A stretch of DNA of 63,737 nucleotides, filler included, from Sphacelaria rigidula (lineage: Eukaryota), in assembly GCA_964200075.2 (NCBI GenBank). It is 10 parts of 10 records of this genome, joined end to end, with 100 filler letters (N's around TTAATTAATTAA, not from the genome) between each part and the next. Parts side by side here need not be neighbours in the genome. Positions count along the whole stretch, not along the records: positions 25,538 to 31,821 come from CAXNAA020021022.1; positions 31,922 to 38,205 come from CAXNAA020021023.1; positions 38,306 to 44,588 come from CAXNAA020021024.1; 7 more parts are not named here. One strand, 5' to 3'. The translations under genes and the position numbers were made by a program. The notes under the pieces are model-generated. The model ran no database searches. It was given only the letters and a program-made list of their open reading frames with translations, and was not told the origin of the DNA. Positions 25,538-39,319 of the stretch are shown one piece after another. Positions within the stretch are counted from its first letter, which is position 1; each line of letters opens with the position of its first letter.

Positions 25538-28500
25538 ATACAGCAAATAGAGACGTTGCTGAGAGTCAAGGCCCGACGTACCCCTACCCCCTGCCGTGCA
25601 GCCATAGCATACACAGTTTGTACACAAGCCTGGCACAAGCCGGGAAAAGCCGTTCACGCACGTCCTGCACAGTACAGTACCTAGTATCGTCATTATCTAT
25701 CTGATCAGGAGGATACCTACCCATCCAAAACGAGGTACCCCCCCCCCCAGCCGTCGCCCAGAATGAGGTTTTCGGGAATTTGGGGCGGTGAATAACGTAT
25801 TCCACCCTGTAAGGCCCCTTGATATATTTCATAATATCAAGTAATTTTTGGATGATGAGATACAGGGAGCTCGTACACAGCTACTCAAACCTGATAAATG
25901 TTTCGTGCACCCCTACCGTGGCATGACTCGAACGCGGGAAAAAGTACCCGTGTCTTTGATGGGTAAATAGCGGAAAATACAACGAACGAACGGTCCACAA
26001 TCGATCACGGCCACTGAAGAACGTTTGGGTTGACTTTATTTGTGGGCCCTCCTACATCACGTCCCTCCACAAGCGAGTACTCTCTGCTGTGAGATGGTGA
26101 TTACAGTACACCTATATAATGATGTAGGAAGATCTGAACGCAGTTACTTACTACGCTGGCTGTCTGCCCACATCCATTACTCTCACCACGATTTTTTCAT
26201 GACGCCCAACGTAGGAAGCGGGGCTGGTTCAGCGAAAATACTCGAGAGTAAAAAGGGTGTGTTGTATGTATATCAATAATGGACATGCATCGAACAAAAT
26301 ACGTACGTACTTGTTGATCTCGTGATGATGCACAAAAACGCGTAGCATGCGACATGCATGATGACGAAAAGTTCGTTCTTGTTGACGAAAACGAACAGTG
26401 ACGGTTGGTGACATGCAGTGAGAGAGGGCTGGTGTGGTGATATGTTCGTGACACCCGTCGCAGGCACGTAATTTCGGTATATCATTCATCTCTCTCCTGC
26501 AAGACTTGAATGCCACACATACACAAGTGTCGAGCACATCATAGCCTGTCGTATTTAGATATGCTCTACACATATACATGATCATTGTAGCTGTTGTTGT
26601 AGAAATTACTTCTGTAGTTACTTCGAGGCATCCTGCTTCTTCTACAGTCTGCATAGTCTGCAGCATGGCGTGGTATTCAGACGCTTCATCCATAAGCAAC
26701 AAGCTGGTTTAGTACCAAGTAGGAGGCGTCTCAGTGCCGTAGCCTCTTTCGAATAACGTGACCGCAGAAGGATCCAACTTATCGGCGAGAGGATTTGGGG
26801 GGCGTGGGAATTTGGGCGTGCGACAGGAAGATCGGGATGGCAAATGACAAAAGCCGTCGAACGATCGGAGATGCACAATGTCACTGGCAGAATTTCCAGG
26901 AAAAGTCTACATGGATCATTTTGATTTCAAATGTTCAAACCATGACCATGGTATGTTTTGCAACAGGTAGATACAGCAGGACAAGCCGCTCCGGTCCTTC
27001 CACAACCGCCCGACCAAGATCAAGTGAAGCCCAACACATCAGTCGGGGAATCCAACCGCACCCTTCCCGCCCCACCATTACAGTCAGCATCGAAGCATAC
27101 CACCCACATCTTCCTCCGTAAACACCTCTTCCCTACTTCGCTGCGGTTATCTCGCTGGCCCCATCTACCGAACGCACGGTGAGAATGAAACGGATGATAC
27201 ACTGTCTGTTGTGCACACCATAATACCGTAGTGCAATGCACTTGAGCGTGTGGTGGGCCCAGGATATACTGCAGGTCGGTCACTATCGTGCATCGCTACG
27301 ATGATCAGGTTGGGTACGGATGCAATGAAGGGATTTATTTCATGAAATATGTGCGTGTTGGAGCGTGTTCGTGTGCTGTAGCCCTCATTTAACCAAGGAG
27401 TCACATAGATATATCCACGTTCATGAGCGTACAGCACAACCAGGACTGCACAGAGTACAGTACAGTTTAACCCCGTTTGCACGCATGTAATAGATATGGG
27501 TCACACATGCGGCATGTACGACCTGCTGTTGATGTATGTCAGGCTTGAAGCGCTGATACATTGTTGCGTTCAAGGCAGCGGCATTCTGCATTTTCCATCA
27601 GACGAATATACTCGAGAGTTGAACTGCCTCGACCACCAGTGACTTGTGTGCGTCATTGTGCACTAGCCTACCCTCCTACCCACCCGCCCGCCACTCCCAC
27701 AATGCAAGAAGTGCACCGTGCCCGGCGATTTCTACCTAATCGCCGATCACGATTTAGCTAAACATGAAGCCTTATAGGTCTGCTACACTATCGCGCACAT
27801 TGCAGTTATTATACGCTGGTGGCTAAAAACGTTGCTGCGCTATGTGAGTGCGTGTGTTATGTCGATCGGAAGACCATTCGAATTCACTTTGGGGATTGCA
27901 GCGACCACTCGCAAGCGATTTCTTCGTGCAAGAAGGTGGCTCGACCCTAGCCGACCCCCTTCCCCTACCTCGCAATCGTAGGATCACTCGCGATGGAAGC
28001 GCGACTTGGCATTACTGAAGTTGTCCGATTACTATGACAGTTGGCTGGCAGCTGATCATCGCTTTCTTGCTGAGATTGCCATCCGTCGGAGTTAGTGTCT
28101 GCTCGTTATGTATGAAAACCGCAGGCATTTGAGGGGATTTCGAGCGTTGTACGCATCCGCCAAACACACCTTTAAACCTCATGATAACAGTACAGTTGAA
28201 TTTCACCATCCTCGCTATGCGTGTATAAGTTGGGTTTGGGCTATCTGTCGTATAGCTGTGCATCCATCTATACTATGTTGTTGGGACTGTACGCTTCAGG
28301 CCCCCGAGATGAGGAGGGCGGAATGCCGAGCAAAGACATTACTCGGAACGTCCACACATACAAAGTCAGCTTCTCCGCTGGGAATGTATTACATCGTACC
28401 CCTGGTACCCCTGGAGGCGAGAGTCTCGCGTTCCAACCGTTCGACGAGAACTGCCCGCAAAAATACGTCCTGTATCTCACCCCTTGCACCTTGAGCAACA

Positions 28501-29999
28501 CGAGTGGCCGCTGACTTATGTTATCCAGGTTTATTTCGTGATATTTCCACGTCAAGGCGAGTTGAGCACCGTTTGTCTAGCGTGAATCGGGTTTCAAAAT
28601 GAACGTCCCAAGATATGGGCGGGCCTATCATGGTTACACGACATAGAGTCAGTCTAACGGCGCGTGCGTTTATTTCAAGAAGACTCGCGCTGCACTCACG
28701 CTGTTCAACTTGCCTTTAACATGAAGACGTGGTGAAATACACATAAACAACCGTGCACGGATGATGTGTGCTTGCGGCAATCGCACCCATGAAAAGATAG
28801 AGATAACTCAGCTCAAATGTCTACGACGTCTCGCAATACTTGGTACCTGTCCCGTTTTTGTGCAGACGACTGACGCATGTGATTACGCTGTTGCTTATCT
28901 GCGGGTTCGGTCACACCCACCCAACCTTGCACAAAACTGTGCGAAGCCACTCCATTCCTTCACAAGTACGTGAGTGCTTGAATCTTAAATGTACGTACGC
29001 CTTCCCGCCGCTGTCGCCCGCACGCGTGCCATCCTTTCTACAAAATATGAGCAGGAACGAACAAGAAGAAGAAATCTGTGGGGTACACTGCGGACGGCAC
29101 TCGTCATCAATCAGTCACGAACTTTCAAGAACTACCTCTGCTCCACCATCCTCGATCACCGTTGAGCCCAAAATCGCGATTCTCGCGATTCTTCACGTAA
29201 TTTTACACAACCAGGAACTTTGGAGACTACGGTACTGCCGATAGTACAGCAACCCACCGGAGCACAACAGAACACCAGCAGCAGTTACAACAATGGCAGA
29301 AGTTTGGTTCGTGGTGATGCTCATGCTTGCTGCAGCGGCTCTGCTGTGTTCCTTCACCGTATTCTGCAACACCTCGGAGACGAGGGACACCATCACAACC
29401 ATCGCATCTATGCGTCCTGGTGCAACTCGGACATCAGGAGACGCTGAAGCAGGAGCAGCAGCAGCCTAGGAATGGCTGTGCAGTATGTTGTCGCGGGCGT
29501 GTTTTCGTCATCGTATGTATTCGCTTGTGGCGTGTGGGGGTGCTAGTTGGTCTCACACTCTATCGTATGCGATAGTCCTGAAACACAAGCGTATCGTACG
29601 TATTTTCGTCAATAATACCGGCTCTCCTTGTGTGTGCAACGGCTCAAATTTTATTATGTTGCCGTAGTGCAGGTAGGATGGAGAATCCGGTTACTGTAGA
29701 GCATATCTTTTTAGGGTGGACTACCGATCGGCGTAAGACGTTCGATAGGGTACATCATTTTATTGCTATGTACATGCAGCAGGAGGCACAGTGCGTACGT
29801 TCCCGTTCCGTCACTGCGTTACCTTCATGCACCGAGGATAAATGAGAGGTCATGCGTTCCGTGTCTATTCCATAGCAGCGGTAGAGTAGTGGTGGTGTGG
29901 TAATCATAACTTCAATATTCCTCCTTTCCTCTGTGTAGGATTGCCCTCCCCCGATTCCCCCCTTCCCTCCTTTTCTCTTGAGGTGGCGCAGCGGGTTCT

Positions 30000-30765
30000 C
30001 AGAACGAACATTTTAGAGTTTCTGTGGCGGTTCCAATTATGAGCTACGCGTGCTTACCCACGTGTGATGACGTGGCGCTTGTCTCCTTATTACACGGTCG
30101 CGGACAGGTGGAAATCCCTGGTTATCGTAAGATGATCACCTTTTTGAAAAAGGTCGAGCTCTTTTCTTAATCCAATCGGCTGTTGTTTGTTATTCTCATC
30201 ACTCTTGTGCCAGACTCGAGTGGTGGGTGGGTGGGTGCCTTTGCGTGTCCGGGTGTGTGCAGAACACACATGAACAGATGGTTGGGCTATCAATGTAGCA
30301 TGAATGCCTGTTTCTCTCTGTTTCACGCGCGAGCAAATCGGGCGGTTCCACCGTAACAAAACCTTCGTTCATTCAGAGATTCAGTAAAAAAGATGGCGAA
30401 GACGCAGTACCTCCGACCGTCTTGCGCGTTCACGGGGCATCATCTGGGTAGAACGGTCACGAAATGAAATTTGTCAGTGGAGTGCCTGCCTCATTTGCCA
30501 AAGCGTCGCTGGTAGTCGTCGTCAGGGTCGGAATGGATGCACATGTGATGGTGCTGGGACTCTCCGTGTACCCGTGATGCTTCCATCTTATGGTGCGTAC
30601 AAGCTTACAGCTGCCATATTTCAGTTTTGTTGGACGAGATTTGACGAGGTTACTGCCTTTTGGATCAGGGGCGGGCGTCGTCCCCTCTGTGTTGTGGCTG
30701 CAGATGAAGTTATCCCATATTCGTGTGGGTTGTTTATGCACATGCGAGGATGAGAACGTATTCAA
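30000..30765 (-). pseudogene. Degenerate hAT-type transposase relic (BED finger plus start of the catalytic domain)
   Basis: RIWDNF...KYGSCKL...HGYTES then, frameshifted, HHMCIH (BED-like); ...NEGFVTVEPP; LRKELDLFQKGDHLTITRDFH resembles the hAT 'SLTxDxW' first Asp. Confidence 0.45.
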
Positions 30766-30789
30766 GTCGGAGTGTGCTTGCGTATGGGG

Positions 30790-30811
30790 GTGTGGGTGTG
30801 CGTGTGTGTGC

Positions 30812-30853
<42 letters not shown>
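30790..30853. repeat. (GT)n-(GC)n-(GT)n microsatellite
   Basis: Directly visible. Confidence 0.9.
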
Positions 30854-30856
<3 letters not shown>

Positions 30857-31821
30857 GATTATATGTTGTTGGTGTGTTTGACGCGGAGTGTGAATGAACA
30901 GTATACTCTATCAGCTGAAATTTTACCTTGTATAGAGTAGCATACCACATGCAATGATCGGCGAGGGTACGTAATAATGGTCATAGCTAGTAGGGCATCA
31001 TCGTGGGCGCCGCTATGGTGTATGTGCGTGATGCTGCTCCTCCTATCGTAGAAAAAAACGCTGATGATGTAACATACACGCCAGACTGGCGTGTACTCGC
31101 AATCAACGATGGTTAATATTTGCTAGGTTGATTGTATTGTGATAGGTGTTGGTATAGTAATCAGCATGATGTCGTAATAGCACTGAGGTGTATGCGCATG
31201 CTGCTGCTGCTGTTTGATGTGGGTGTGTGACTGAAAATATGCCTTCCTTGGTTGGGGCGGGGCCAGCTTGACATGAGTGTACAGGTTCGGGTTCTTTTGA
31301 CGGGCGCGTGTGCTCCCTTCGTTGGCGTACAATGGCTCGCTGGTTTTTAGGTCGTCCAGGCCCTGGGTCGGGGATTGGGGGGCGATGGTGCGATCTTTCT
31401 CATGATCAACAATAATGATGACGAAAACAAGTGAAGACGGGTCGAAGAACTATAATAACAGAAGAACATTTATTTAATTCCTTTCTTCTGATTGCTTGCG
31501 GATCGTGCGAAGATACTGCATGCATGTACTGTACCGAGTGATTCAGGTGTCAGCAAAATGAAAGCCCCACCGTCGCGGGGACCCATGGTGGATGGATTTT
31601 GTCGTGGTCACCCACCATACAACCGATCGATGATATTTACTCGCTTTTTACTTGGACTCACTTGTATCGTGGACTCAAATGTCGCAAGTCGTGACGTATG
31701 CAAGCCTTCTATAGTTAAGTGTGGCAACACAACATGGGCGAAATCGACCCAGTAACAACAAATTGTGCGAATTGAGGTTTAACTTTGAGATGAGGTTCAA
31801 GCCTAAAACAGTGCTTTCCCC

Positions 31822-31921
31822 NNNNNNNNNNNNNNNNNNNNNNNNNNNNNNNNNNNNNNNNNNNNTTAATTAATTAANNNNNNNNNNNNNNNNNNNNNNN
31901 NNNNNNNNNNNNNNNNNNNNN
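31822..31921. other. Artificial contig linker
   Basis: 44 N + TTAATTAATTAA + 44 N. Confidence 0.98.
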
Positions 31922-34534
31922 TTGGGCTCTGTGGAGGACGGTGTTGGGGCAGCCCCCCCCCCCCCCCCCCGCGAGGCTATCGTAGGGAGTGTCGAGGTGT
32001 TTAATGCATATTTTGCTGTATGCGTCGAGAGATCTCGTCACGGGCGAACTACAAAAGTATCTCTGGTAGGTTCACAGGTCTTTGCAGAAAGCTACCTGAC
32101 GATCGGTGACGTGATCCTTTGTGCGTCCAAGCATCAAGTCTGATGAGCGCCCGTTGATGGGGGCATTCTCCAACTCGTTCAGAAAGATCGTGGTGAACGT
32201 GAACGCGTCGAACGTCAAACCGGTGAACTAGCAAAACACTTTGAAAGCTTTGAGTGGTGCTGCTCGTGCACGTTCAGGTTCGTCACGGGACAATTGCCGA
32301 CAACTACTGAGCCCGGCGTACTTCTTGCGGAATTCCTCGTTGTGATTTCCCTCGTGAGGTCTATCGGGTTCGAGAAACATCCCGCTATTCGAACTGACTG
32401 GAGTATGGATGGGGTACGTCAACCCTCGACTCTCGCCAGAGGTTGAGTGAGATTCCATACCCGGGCATCACGCCGTCATCGCTCGTCCCATCTTCCCCTG
32501 GATCCGCGGACAAGGCGATTCACAGGGCCTTCATATAATGTTCGGCCACCCCACACGCTACTTCAGCTCGGATGAAGCGTTATACAAAGACCACACACAT
32601 GACAGAGAGGCGGGAGTAGCGATCAGAAAACGCAGCATAACACGTGATCATAGCATCGGTCAAACGCAACATAACCCGGAGCCCGATCCCGCCCCGATTA
32701 CGGCGATCAACATCGACAAACCCGCGGGAACATGAAGCGCGAAAAGAATATCGCAAAAGGAACAAGTTTGGAAGGCAAGAGGGTCGAGGAGCGAGGTATA
32801 ACGAGGATGTACAAAACGCGTCGAAATTACCGCCGGGTCTGCGGAAGGCCGAAGCGCTTGATTACTGACCGCGAGAGTACACACAAGATGAGTGCTGTTC
32901 CCGAAGAAATAAGGGCGTTGTTGTCCCACCTAACAGGAACAGCGCTCGCCAATACGCCCACCTTCAGCCTGGATACCATCCGCGATAAACTCAACTCTCA
33001 ACTGGCGATTTCAGTACGAACATCGCGCCCGGGGGAGGGGGAGGAGGGACGGTGGGTGGTAGATAGGTTCAGGTAAATAGCTTCAGAATTTTAAAAAGAA
33101 GCTGCGTACGTATGAAAACACGACTGGCAGTAAAACGTTATCTACATAGGGCAAACTACATCCTGTACACCAATATCAAAGACTCCAGCCGACCCTCTAC
33201 AGTACCGAAAAAAGGATAGCCAAAGTAGCGAGAATAGTACCGGTTATTGCAACTCCAATACGACATGGCCCAACCCCTATCGAAACGTATGTAAGTAAAT
33301 GACGAGCCTAAGCAATAGAACGTATAGCGAGTAGTGAAAGCATATCATTAACCCTTTTTCAATAACCAACTTCCGTTATTCAAACAGCGCGACAACACAT
33401 GCCGAACAATCGTAGAGAGGTACTTGAAACGCGTCAGCTTTTCACCGGAAGACTAAATATTCCAAGGATCAGTCCTGTAGCGTATACCCGATATCCTAAA
33501 TACTCATTCTTCGAGCGAGTCATTGCGATCGTATTTCACCACCACCACCTAGGCATGTTTACCGCATGATAGTTGCCGAGTCTTCTCCCAGCACGGGGCT
33601 GCTGCTGTTGTGGTCTCGGAATAGCGCTTGGAATAGCACCTGTGCCCTCCAGGGTAGAGCAGTTTACGTGGGTCCACTCTCCAACTGCCGGCCGACAAAG
33701 ACTTGTGGAATGTCCCACCGAACACCAGCTAGTATGTTCGATGCGCCGCAACCCTGAGACGCACGCTGCTTCCGCCTCTTTAATGTATCAGTATATATCA
33801 CTGTGATTATATTGACCGCAGGACTCCATTTTATTAATTGAGTGTATTGTTGATTACTACTGCAAAGATTATTATAGTTGTTGTCCGTTTGTGGCTGATG
33901 TGTTGGATCTTGTTTCGTTTTTTATTTCATTACATGTTCATTGAATCGTGGTGCGCGTAAACTAAACCCTAACCTTCATAAGTTCTACGAAAAATATGTT
34001 AAAGTAAATATGAAACTCAGTTGTAGATTAAAAATCAAAGTATAACTTGGTGCTCGCGATTGATGTTACGTATGAGTGTATTTGTTATTATTATTTGTCG
34101 ATCACTGTTTTGTTTTCGCTGAGTAGAACGCTATATACTGTCGTAGAGATTCTGTAGCACAATAATCACAAAACCCACCGTTTGTTGCTCGGGCACGGTG
34201 GCGTCCTCTCCTCCTCGTGTCCGTGGCAAGCCCAAGCCTGCGGATCTTGGTTGGCCTCTGAATACACCTTCATGCAACAGAAGCACAACCACTGCAGGGA
34301 CTCGTCTTTTTCCTTCGCCTATCCAAAAGACTTGATGTAAGACACGGGAGCGAACTCTACATCGTCGCATTGTACGAAGACTGTGGCAACAGCAATGGGC
34401 GGCCACAGTCTCTCTCTCGTCGTCCGTCGCCGTCCCCACACTACGTCATCGCCACTCCGCACGCCCCTCGCGCCCGTTATTCCTGCACGATCCCAGATCG
34501 GATGCCGTCAGCGAACCAGCTATTCGTGGAGAGG

Positions 34535-34747
34535 CTGTATTACGTGAGAGGACCGCGTGCTTAGAGGACCGCATCGGAATTCGAACATTCCTATGGTTGG
34601 GGTTAGGGTTAAGGTTAGTGTTGGGGTTATGGTCAGGGGCGTGGTACCTCCAAGGACTGGCCCGATTGGTTTCTTAAAAAGTCGCTCCTGAGGTGTTTAG
34701 AACTACAGCGTGGTCCTCTAAGCACGCGGTCTTCTCACGCATTACAG
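34535..34747. mobile_element. MITE (213 bp) with 3-bp TSD and internal degenerate TTAGGG tract
   Basis: TIRs CTGTATTACGTGAGAGGACCGCGTGCTTAGAGGACC / GGTCCTCTAAGCACGCGGTCTTCTCACGCATTACAG; AGG on both flanks. Confidence 0.8.
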
Positions 34748-35024
34748 AGGCGACCTCAGGTGCTGACGACCTCGTCTGCAACCTATTCTCCCCCGCCGTG
34801 GATCATGCTGCAAACCGGTCCACCCCCGAGAGATATCATGGAAACACGATACTTGGAGACGGTAGATGATTTCCGTCCCCCGGTATGGGTTCTTGCGCCG
34901 AGAAATCTTCGTGGCTCTGTTCCAGAGATCATCATGATCCCGACCCATTTATCCTCCACGTTTTCAGATTGGTTGCAGTCGGCGGGGCGGACATTGGCTG
35001 CGAGCCGAAATCACCTGCTTCTGC

Positions 35025-35630
35025 TGTTGGAACTCTACGCAGCCTGTACCCCAGCTGCTTGTTCTAGCTATGAGTTCAAACTCTGAAGCAAATAGCGGCG
35101 TAATTGGTTACGGTTTACCTCGCTCACGCCAAACGGCGTATTTGCAGTTTCTCGCCGTTACAGTAGATAGTATCTTGTTGCCACGTGAGGCTTTAAGAAT
35201 GACAGTGTGCTGCCAGGGATTGTTATACAGTAGTATGCTGTAGAAGTAGGTGGGTAGCACAGCTTGCAGTATATCCTGTTGTGTGTGAGCTGGCGCTACG
35301 CCACGCAATTGACATGGAAGCCTTTTTTGCTACGTGTAGCGATTTATTTTTGTTCCAGGAATTGAGGAGCTTGGACTTGGTCACCTCGATCGCCCATGCT
35401 CTCACTCTCCTCCATCGCCTCCAGTTCCTGCTTTCTGAAGGAACTGTGCATTCTGTTTTGTCTTGGCCGGATGAAGAGCCCAACAACCATCTCTTTCAAC
35501 TGATTTTTCTTTGCTGCAGAAGCAAATGATCTGACGATCACTGGTGCATCCTCTGCATAGACCACTATTCGCTGAATACGTGGTTGGCCTGTCATGACGA
35601 CAGTGCCTCTCAACACGAGCTATTCCAACA
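35025..35630 (+). repeat. Putative 5' LTR (about 606 bp)
   Basis: 8-bp inverted termini TGTTGGAA...TTCCAACA, directly followed by the PBS; the left end is inferred because no second LTR is present. Confidence 0.65.
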
Positions 35631-35641
35631 GGTTATGAGCC
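35631..35641 (+). promoter_or_regulatory. Primer-binding site GGTTATGAGCC (half-tRNAiMet type)
   Basis: Abuts the LTR end CAACA; resembles the Drosophila copia PBS GGTTATGGGCC; complementary to the Met anticodon arm. Confidence 0.75.
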
Positions 35642-35784
35642 TCGATTCGCGACTACACCAGTCGGCACCAGCGAGGGGACTTCACATTAAGGTCGTCACC
35701 GCGGCACAAGTGAGCAGAGTGCAGTCTTCAGGGGTTTTCCTCGCACAGTTTATGTTGTGATCAACTGTCACACGTTGCAAGAAG

Positions 35785-37070
35785 ATGAATAATCAAGGCG
35801 AGTTATCGATCATCCAGCTGATCAAAAGCATCAGCAAATTCGACGGAAATAACTTTCTACAATGGAAGCGCAGTACACGCGCCCTGATCTCCCTTACGCA
35901 TCCAGGAATTTCAGATATTTTGAACGGGGGAAAACGCCCCGTGGAAATTTCTGATGACGTGGATCAAGTTCAACATGTTCAATCAACTACAATTTCACGA
36001 CACACGTGAAGATCAAGTCGACCTCGCACCCGCTCCCAAGGACCTCCACTACGTTCATCTAAAGGGGAAGCGGGAACAAATGTTCAAGTTCAGGATCCTG
36101 CTGTTGGAGTGGTGGATCCTGTCGGTGGTGAAGCGGATCCTACCGGTGGTGAGGAGGATCCTGCTGATGTCGAAGAGGATGCCTCCCGTCACCTTACTCA
36201 TGTAAGAAATGTGGTAAATGTTGAAGAGATTGAAAACTGGGACCGCTGTAACGAACAGTTGTTCAATATTTTATATTTGACAACTACAGGCCCAGCTAGT
36301 AGTTACCTCCTCCGGTACGAGCCGAAGGGTCTGAAAAAACCTAACGTCAAAATCGCATGGGAAGCTCTGGTCGCAAAGTACGAAAATTCTTCAAAGCAGA
36401 GGCGGCGCATTCTGATCCGACAGCTAGATAACACCAAAATGTCTCCTGGGCAAGAACCAGGCGAGTTTTCGACCAAGATTTTTTAACTTCGCGATCAGCT
36501 TGTCTACATGTGTGAACCTATCTCCGATGAAAGACTAACGGACATTGTGGTTGAGGGTCTGACTGATGACTACGACCGCGTCAAATATGATGCTGAGCGT
36601 GACCCCGACCTCAGCATCTCTGATATTGAAGTCACGCTGCGGAACATGTATGCAAATCGACTTGCACGCGGAATTTTGGGAAACAAGGGGTTACGTGGTC
36701 GTGAATCAGCCATGGTCGCGGCCTTGCCCCCTGACTCATCATTGACATCATCAAAGTTCAAGGGAAAATGTCACCCGTGTGAAACATTAGGTCACCATAT
36801 CAGAGGCTGCCGATCCAGAATATAGTCAAACAGCAGGAACAGATCGGTCAAGTGGTGTAGCCTTCATCGTGCCGATAAACACGACAACTCAGAGTGCAAG
36901 AACCAAATGAACAATGGAAATACGGCCAGGAGTCACAGCCATCATGGTAGAAACAACGATCGTCGTCGACAAAACACCCGCCACAACAACAGCCGCAGCA
37001 ACAGCAACAACTACAACTCTGGCTCCAATGCGACCAACATCCCAATCAACAGAACCAGGCAAATACTGTC
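35785..37070 (+). pseudogene. gag: Copia gag, interrupted by stops
   Basis: KFDGNNFLQWK; LFNILYLTTTGPA...AWEALVAKY (UBN2-like); zinc knuckle CHPCETLGHHIRGC; stops at 36007, 36484 and 36823. Confidence 0.85.
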
Positions 37071-37073
37071 ATC

Positions 37074-38175
37074 GTGAACCCTACAACCGACTCGTCGACT
37101 ACTGTACCCTACAATCATCAGGCTCAAGAAATCAGCGGCATATCAGCTTCGACGGTGACTGACGCGTGCCCGTCACCAGGTGGTTTGGGTTTTTCGCTTT
37201 GTGCTGGTCCTGATCGCAAGGATAATATTAGGAAGCCTGTGTCTATATCATTTAAGATGTCGTGTGATTCAGGAGCAACATTTCACTACCTGGACAACGA
37301 GCTCCTACCAGAACTCGAACACGATATGATTAGCTACGTTAAGCTGGATCGCCCAATGCGGATCCTAACTGCAGGAGGTCATCTAATTTGCGGAACAGGG
37401 GAAGGAGTGCTCCTGTCCATCGTGAAAGATCAGCAGGGAAATGAGCATTCCATCCGGCTCCCAGCCATCATCGTTCCGGGGTTGGGAAAGCATCTCTTTT
37501 CTCCTATTTATGCATTACGAACAAAGGGGGTCGGAACAACTTTTGGTGTCAATTCTTATGTTGATCTTGGACAATTGAGAGTACCACTTCGCTCTGAGGA
37601 CAACAGCTTGTCCCATTACATTGACATGAAGATCATTCGGGGTTACAAACCCGTCGACTCAAGAACCGGGTCAGCACTAGCGGCTGAGGTGGTGTCAGGA
37701 GAACATATGGGCATGGGGACAGCTTTAACTTATATGACGATTGCGGGAGACGCTTCAGCTCTTTCTACTACTGTGACTGCAGGAGTTTGGCATCGGAGAC
37801 TGGGTCATCCCGCGGATCCAGCGATGCGTCGGGTTATGAATATTCCCGAAATAGGTGTGAAATTTACGGGGTCACTTTCCTTTTGTGACACTTGCATGAT
37901 AAATAAAAGCACCCAAACAAATCATCCCAAAACCTCCGACTCTACGTCAGTGACAGAACGTCTGCAACTAGTAACTACTGACCTCTCGGGTCCCATCTTA
38001 CCAACTGCATTAGGTGGTTACAAGTACATGGCGAAATTTGCCGACCAATACAGTCGACTAAAAGTTGTATGCTTCATCAAGGCAAAAAGTGAGGCGCTCT
38101 CAACACTCATCAAGTACATCCAAGACGTGGCGATTCCCTTAGGACGTAGGGTACACCGCCTACGGTCAGATCGTG
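37074..38175 (+). pseudogene. pol: Copia pol: aspartic protease, GAG-pre-integrase and integrase N-terminal part
   Basis: CDSGATFH protease; WHRRLGHP...CDTC HHCC; LVTTDLSGP...GGYKY...DQYSR...RLRSDRGG (first two integrase Asp). Confidence 0.92.
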
Positions 38176-38205
38176 GGGGGGGGGGGGGGGAATCGATTGT
38201 TGGTT

Positions 38206-38305
38206 NNNNNNNNNNNNNNNNNNNNNNNNNNNNNNNNNNNNNNNNNNNNTTAATTAATTAANNNNNNNNNNNNNNNNNNNNNNNNNNNNNNNNNNNNNNN
38301 NNNNN
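38206..38305. other. Artificial contig linker
   Basis: 44 N + TTAATTAATTAA + 44 N. Confidence 0.98.
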
Positions 38306-38307
38306 AT

Positions 38308-38400
38308 CCCTTCGACACGTGTGCCTGGACTAGGTGTACCAGGTGCAAGTGGGTGGGGCACATCGTAAGAAACTGCGTCAGAATGCCGATTCCGGAGTAA
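38308..38400 (+). CDS. gag: C-terminal end of gag with CCHC zinc knuckle (partial)
   Basis: PFDTCAWTRCTRCKWVGHIVRNCVRMPIPE*: exact C-x2-C-x4-H-x4-C at 38335-38376; the preceding (H)PFDTC suggests a second knuckle. Confidence 0.75.
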   Translation, partial: PFDTCAWTRCTRCKWVGHIVRNCVRMPIPE

Positions 38401-39319
38401 GAGGGCAAGGCGGAGCGGAAATGCAGATAAAGGCGGTCAAGAGCGGAGAGGGACGGGGCAGATCGCGTTCCTGGAGATTGCGGGGCGCGGCGACTGGGCA
38501 ACGGAGCGGGAGCGGAGGGGGCGGTCATCGCGCATTTGTAAATGAGTTGTGGTAGGCGGTTCGATTGGATATTCAAGCGGAGATGAGGCGAGTAGGGATG
38601 CACAAATATAAGCGCGTTGCGGGTAATGGAGGAAAGAAGCGAATGCAAAGTACAGATGCTTGGGGGGGCGGGGCGAAACTGGAGAGCAACGGTAGAAGGT
38701 GGGAGAGCGGGCGGCGTTCTTGTAGCTGGTGCGGTGATACGTTTGTGGGCGTGAACGATGGGAATGATTGGGCATAGTCGACGTCCATTGGTTGGGGGTA
38801 AAGGGTGGCGGGAGTGATAATGATAGCGTTCATGAATAAATAAATGAATTAAAAAAAAAATGACAGCTGTGATCATTCTGCTTCGCGAGAGCGGGCGGAA
38901 GAAAATTTCCCCGCACGGCCATTCGGGCGGACCAGCCTATCACTTGTGGCAGCTGAACGATGGCAGCCATCACCCCAACGACGTGCGCATATGTCTGGAC
39001 AGCTTACGACGATACTAGATAGCTTCTGAATTGCAACAGCGGCCCCGGTCGCACTGCGGATCTGGGTGAAATCCTGCCAGATTTGTAGCAGTATACTAGT
39101 ACATCTTGGTAGGACGCCTGGAGACGCGTTGAGGCTGGAGATTGCTGAACTCATCCGCGATATACTGGGATGGGACTTTCGCCGACGGCAGCATCGTTTG
39201 ACTGTTTGCGTGAGGCATTTGTATAAACATTCACAGTCAGGAAAAAAAAAAAAACGGGGCAAGTATTTTAATTTCATGCATGCTTGCACGCGTCATACCT
39301 TGCCTCACGTACATCATAG

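Larger units (their letters stand above)
35025..38205 (+). mobile_element. Ty1/copia LTR retrotransposon, 5' half, decayed and cut by the contig end
   Basis: 5' LTR, PBS, gag, protease and integrase in copia order. Confidence 0.92.

Noticed and set aside
31922..33076. Second retrotransposon gag remnant
   Set aside because: Protein-like fragments only, with no diagnostic motif
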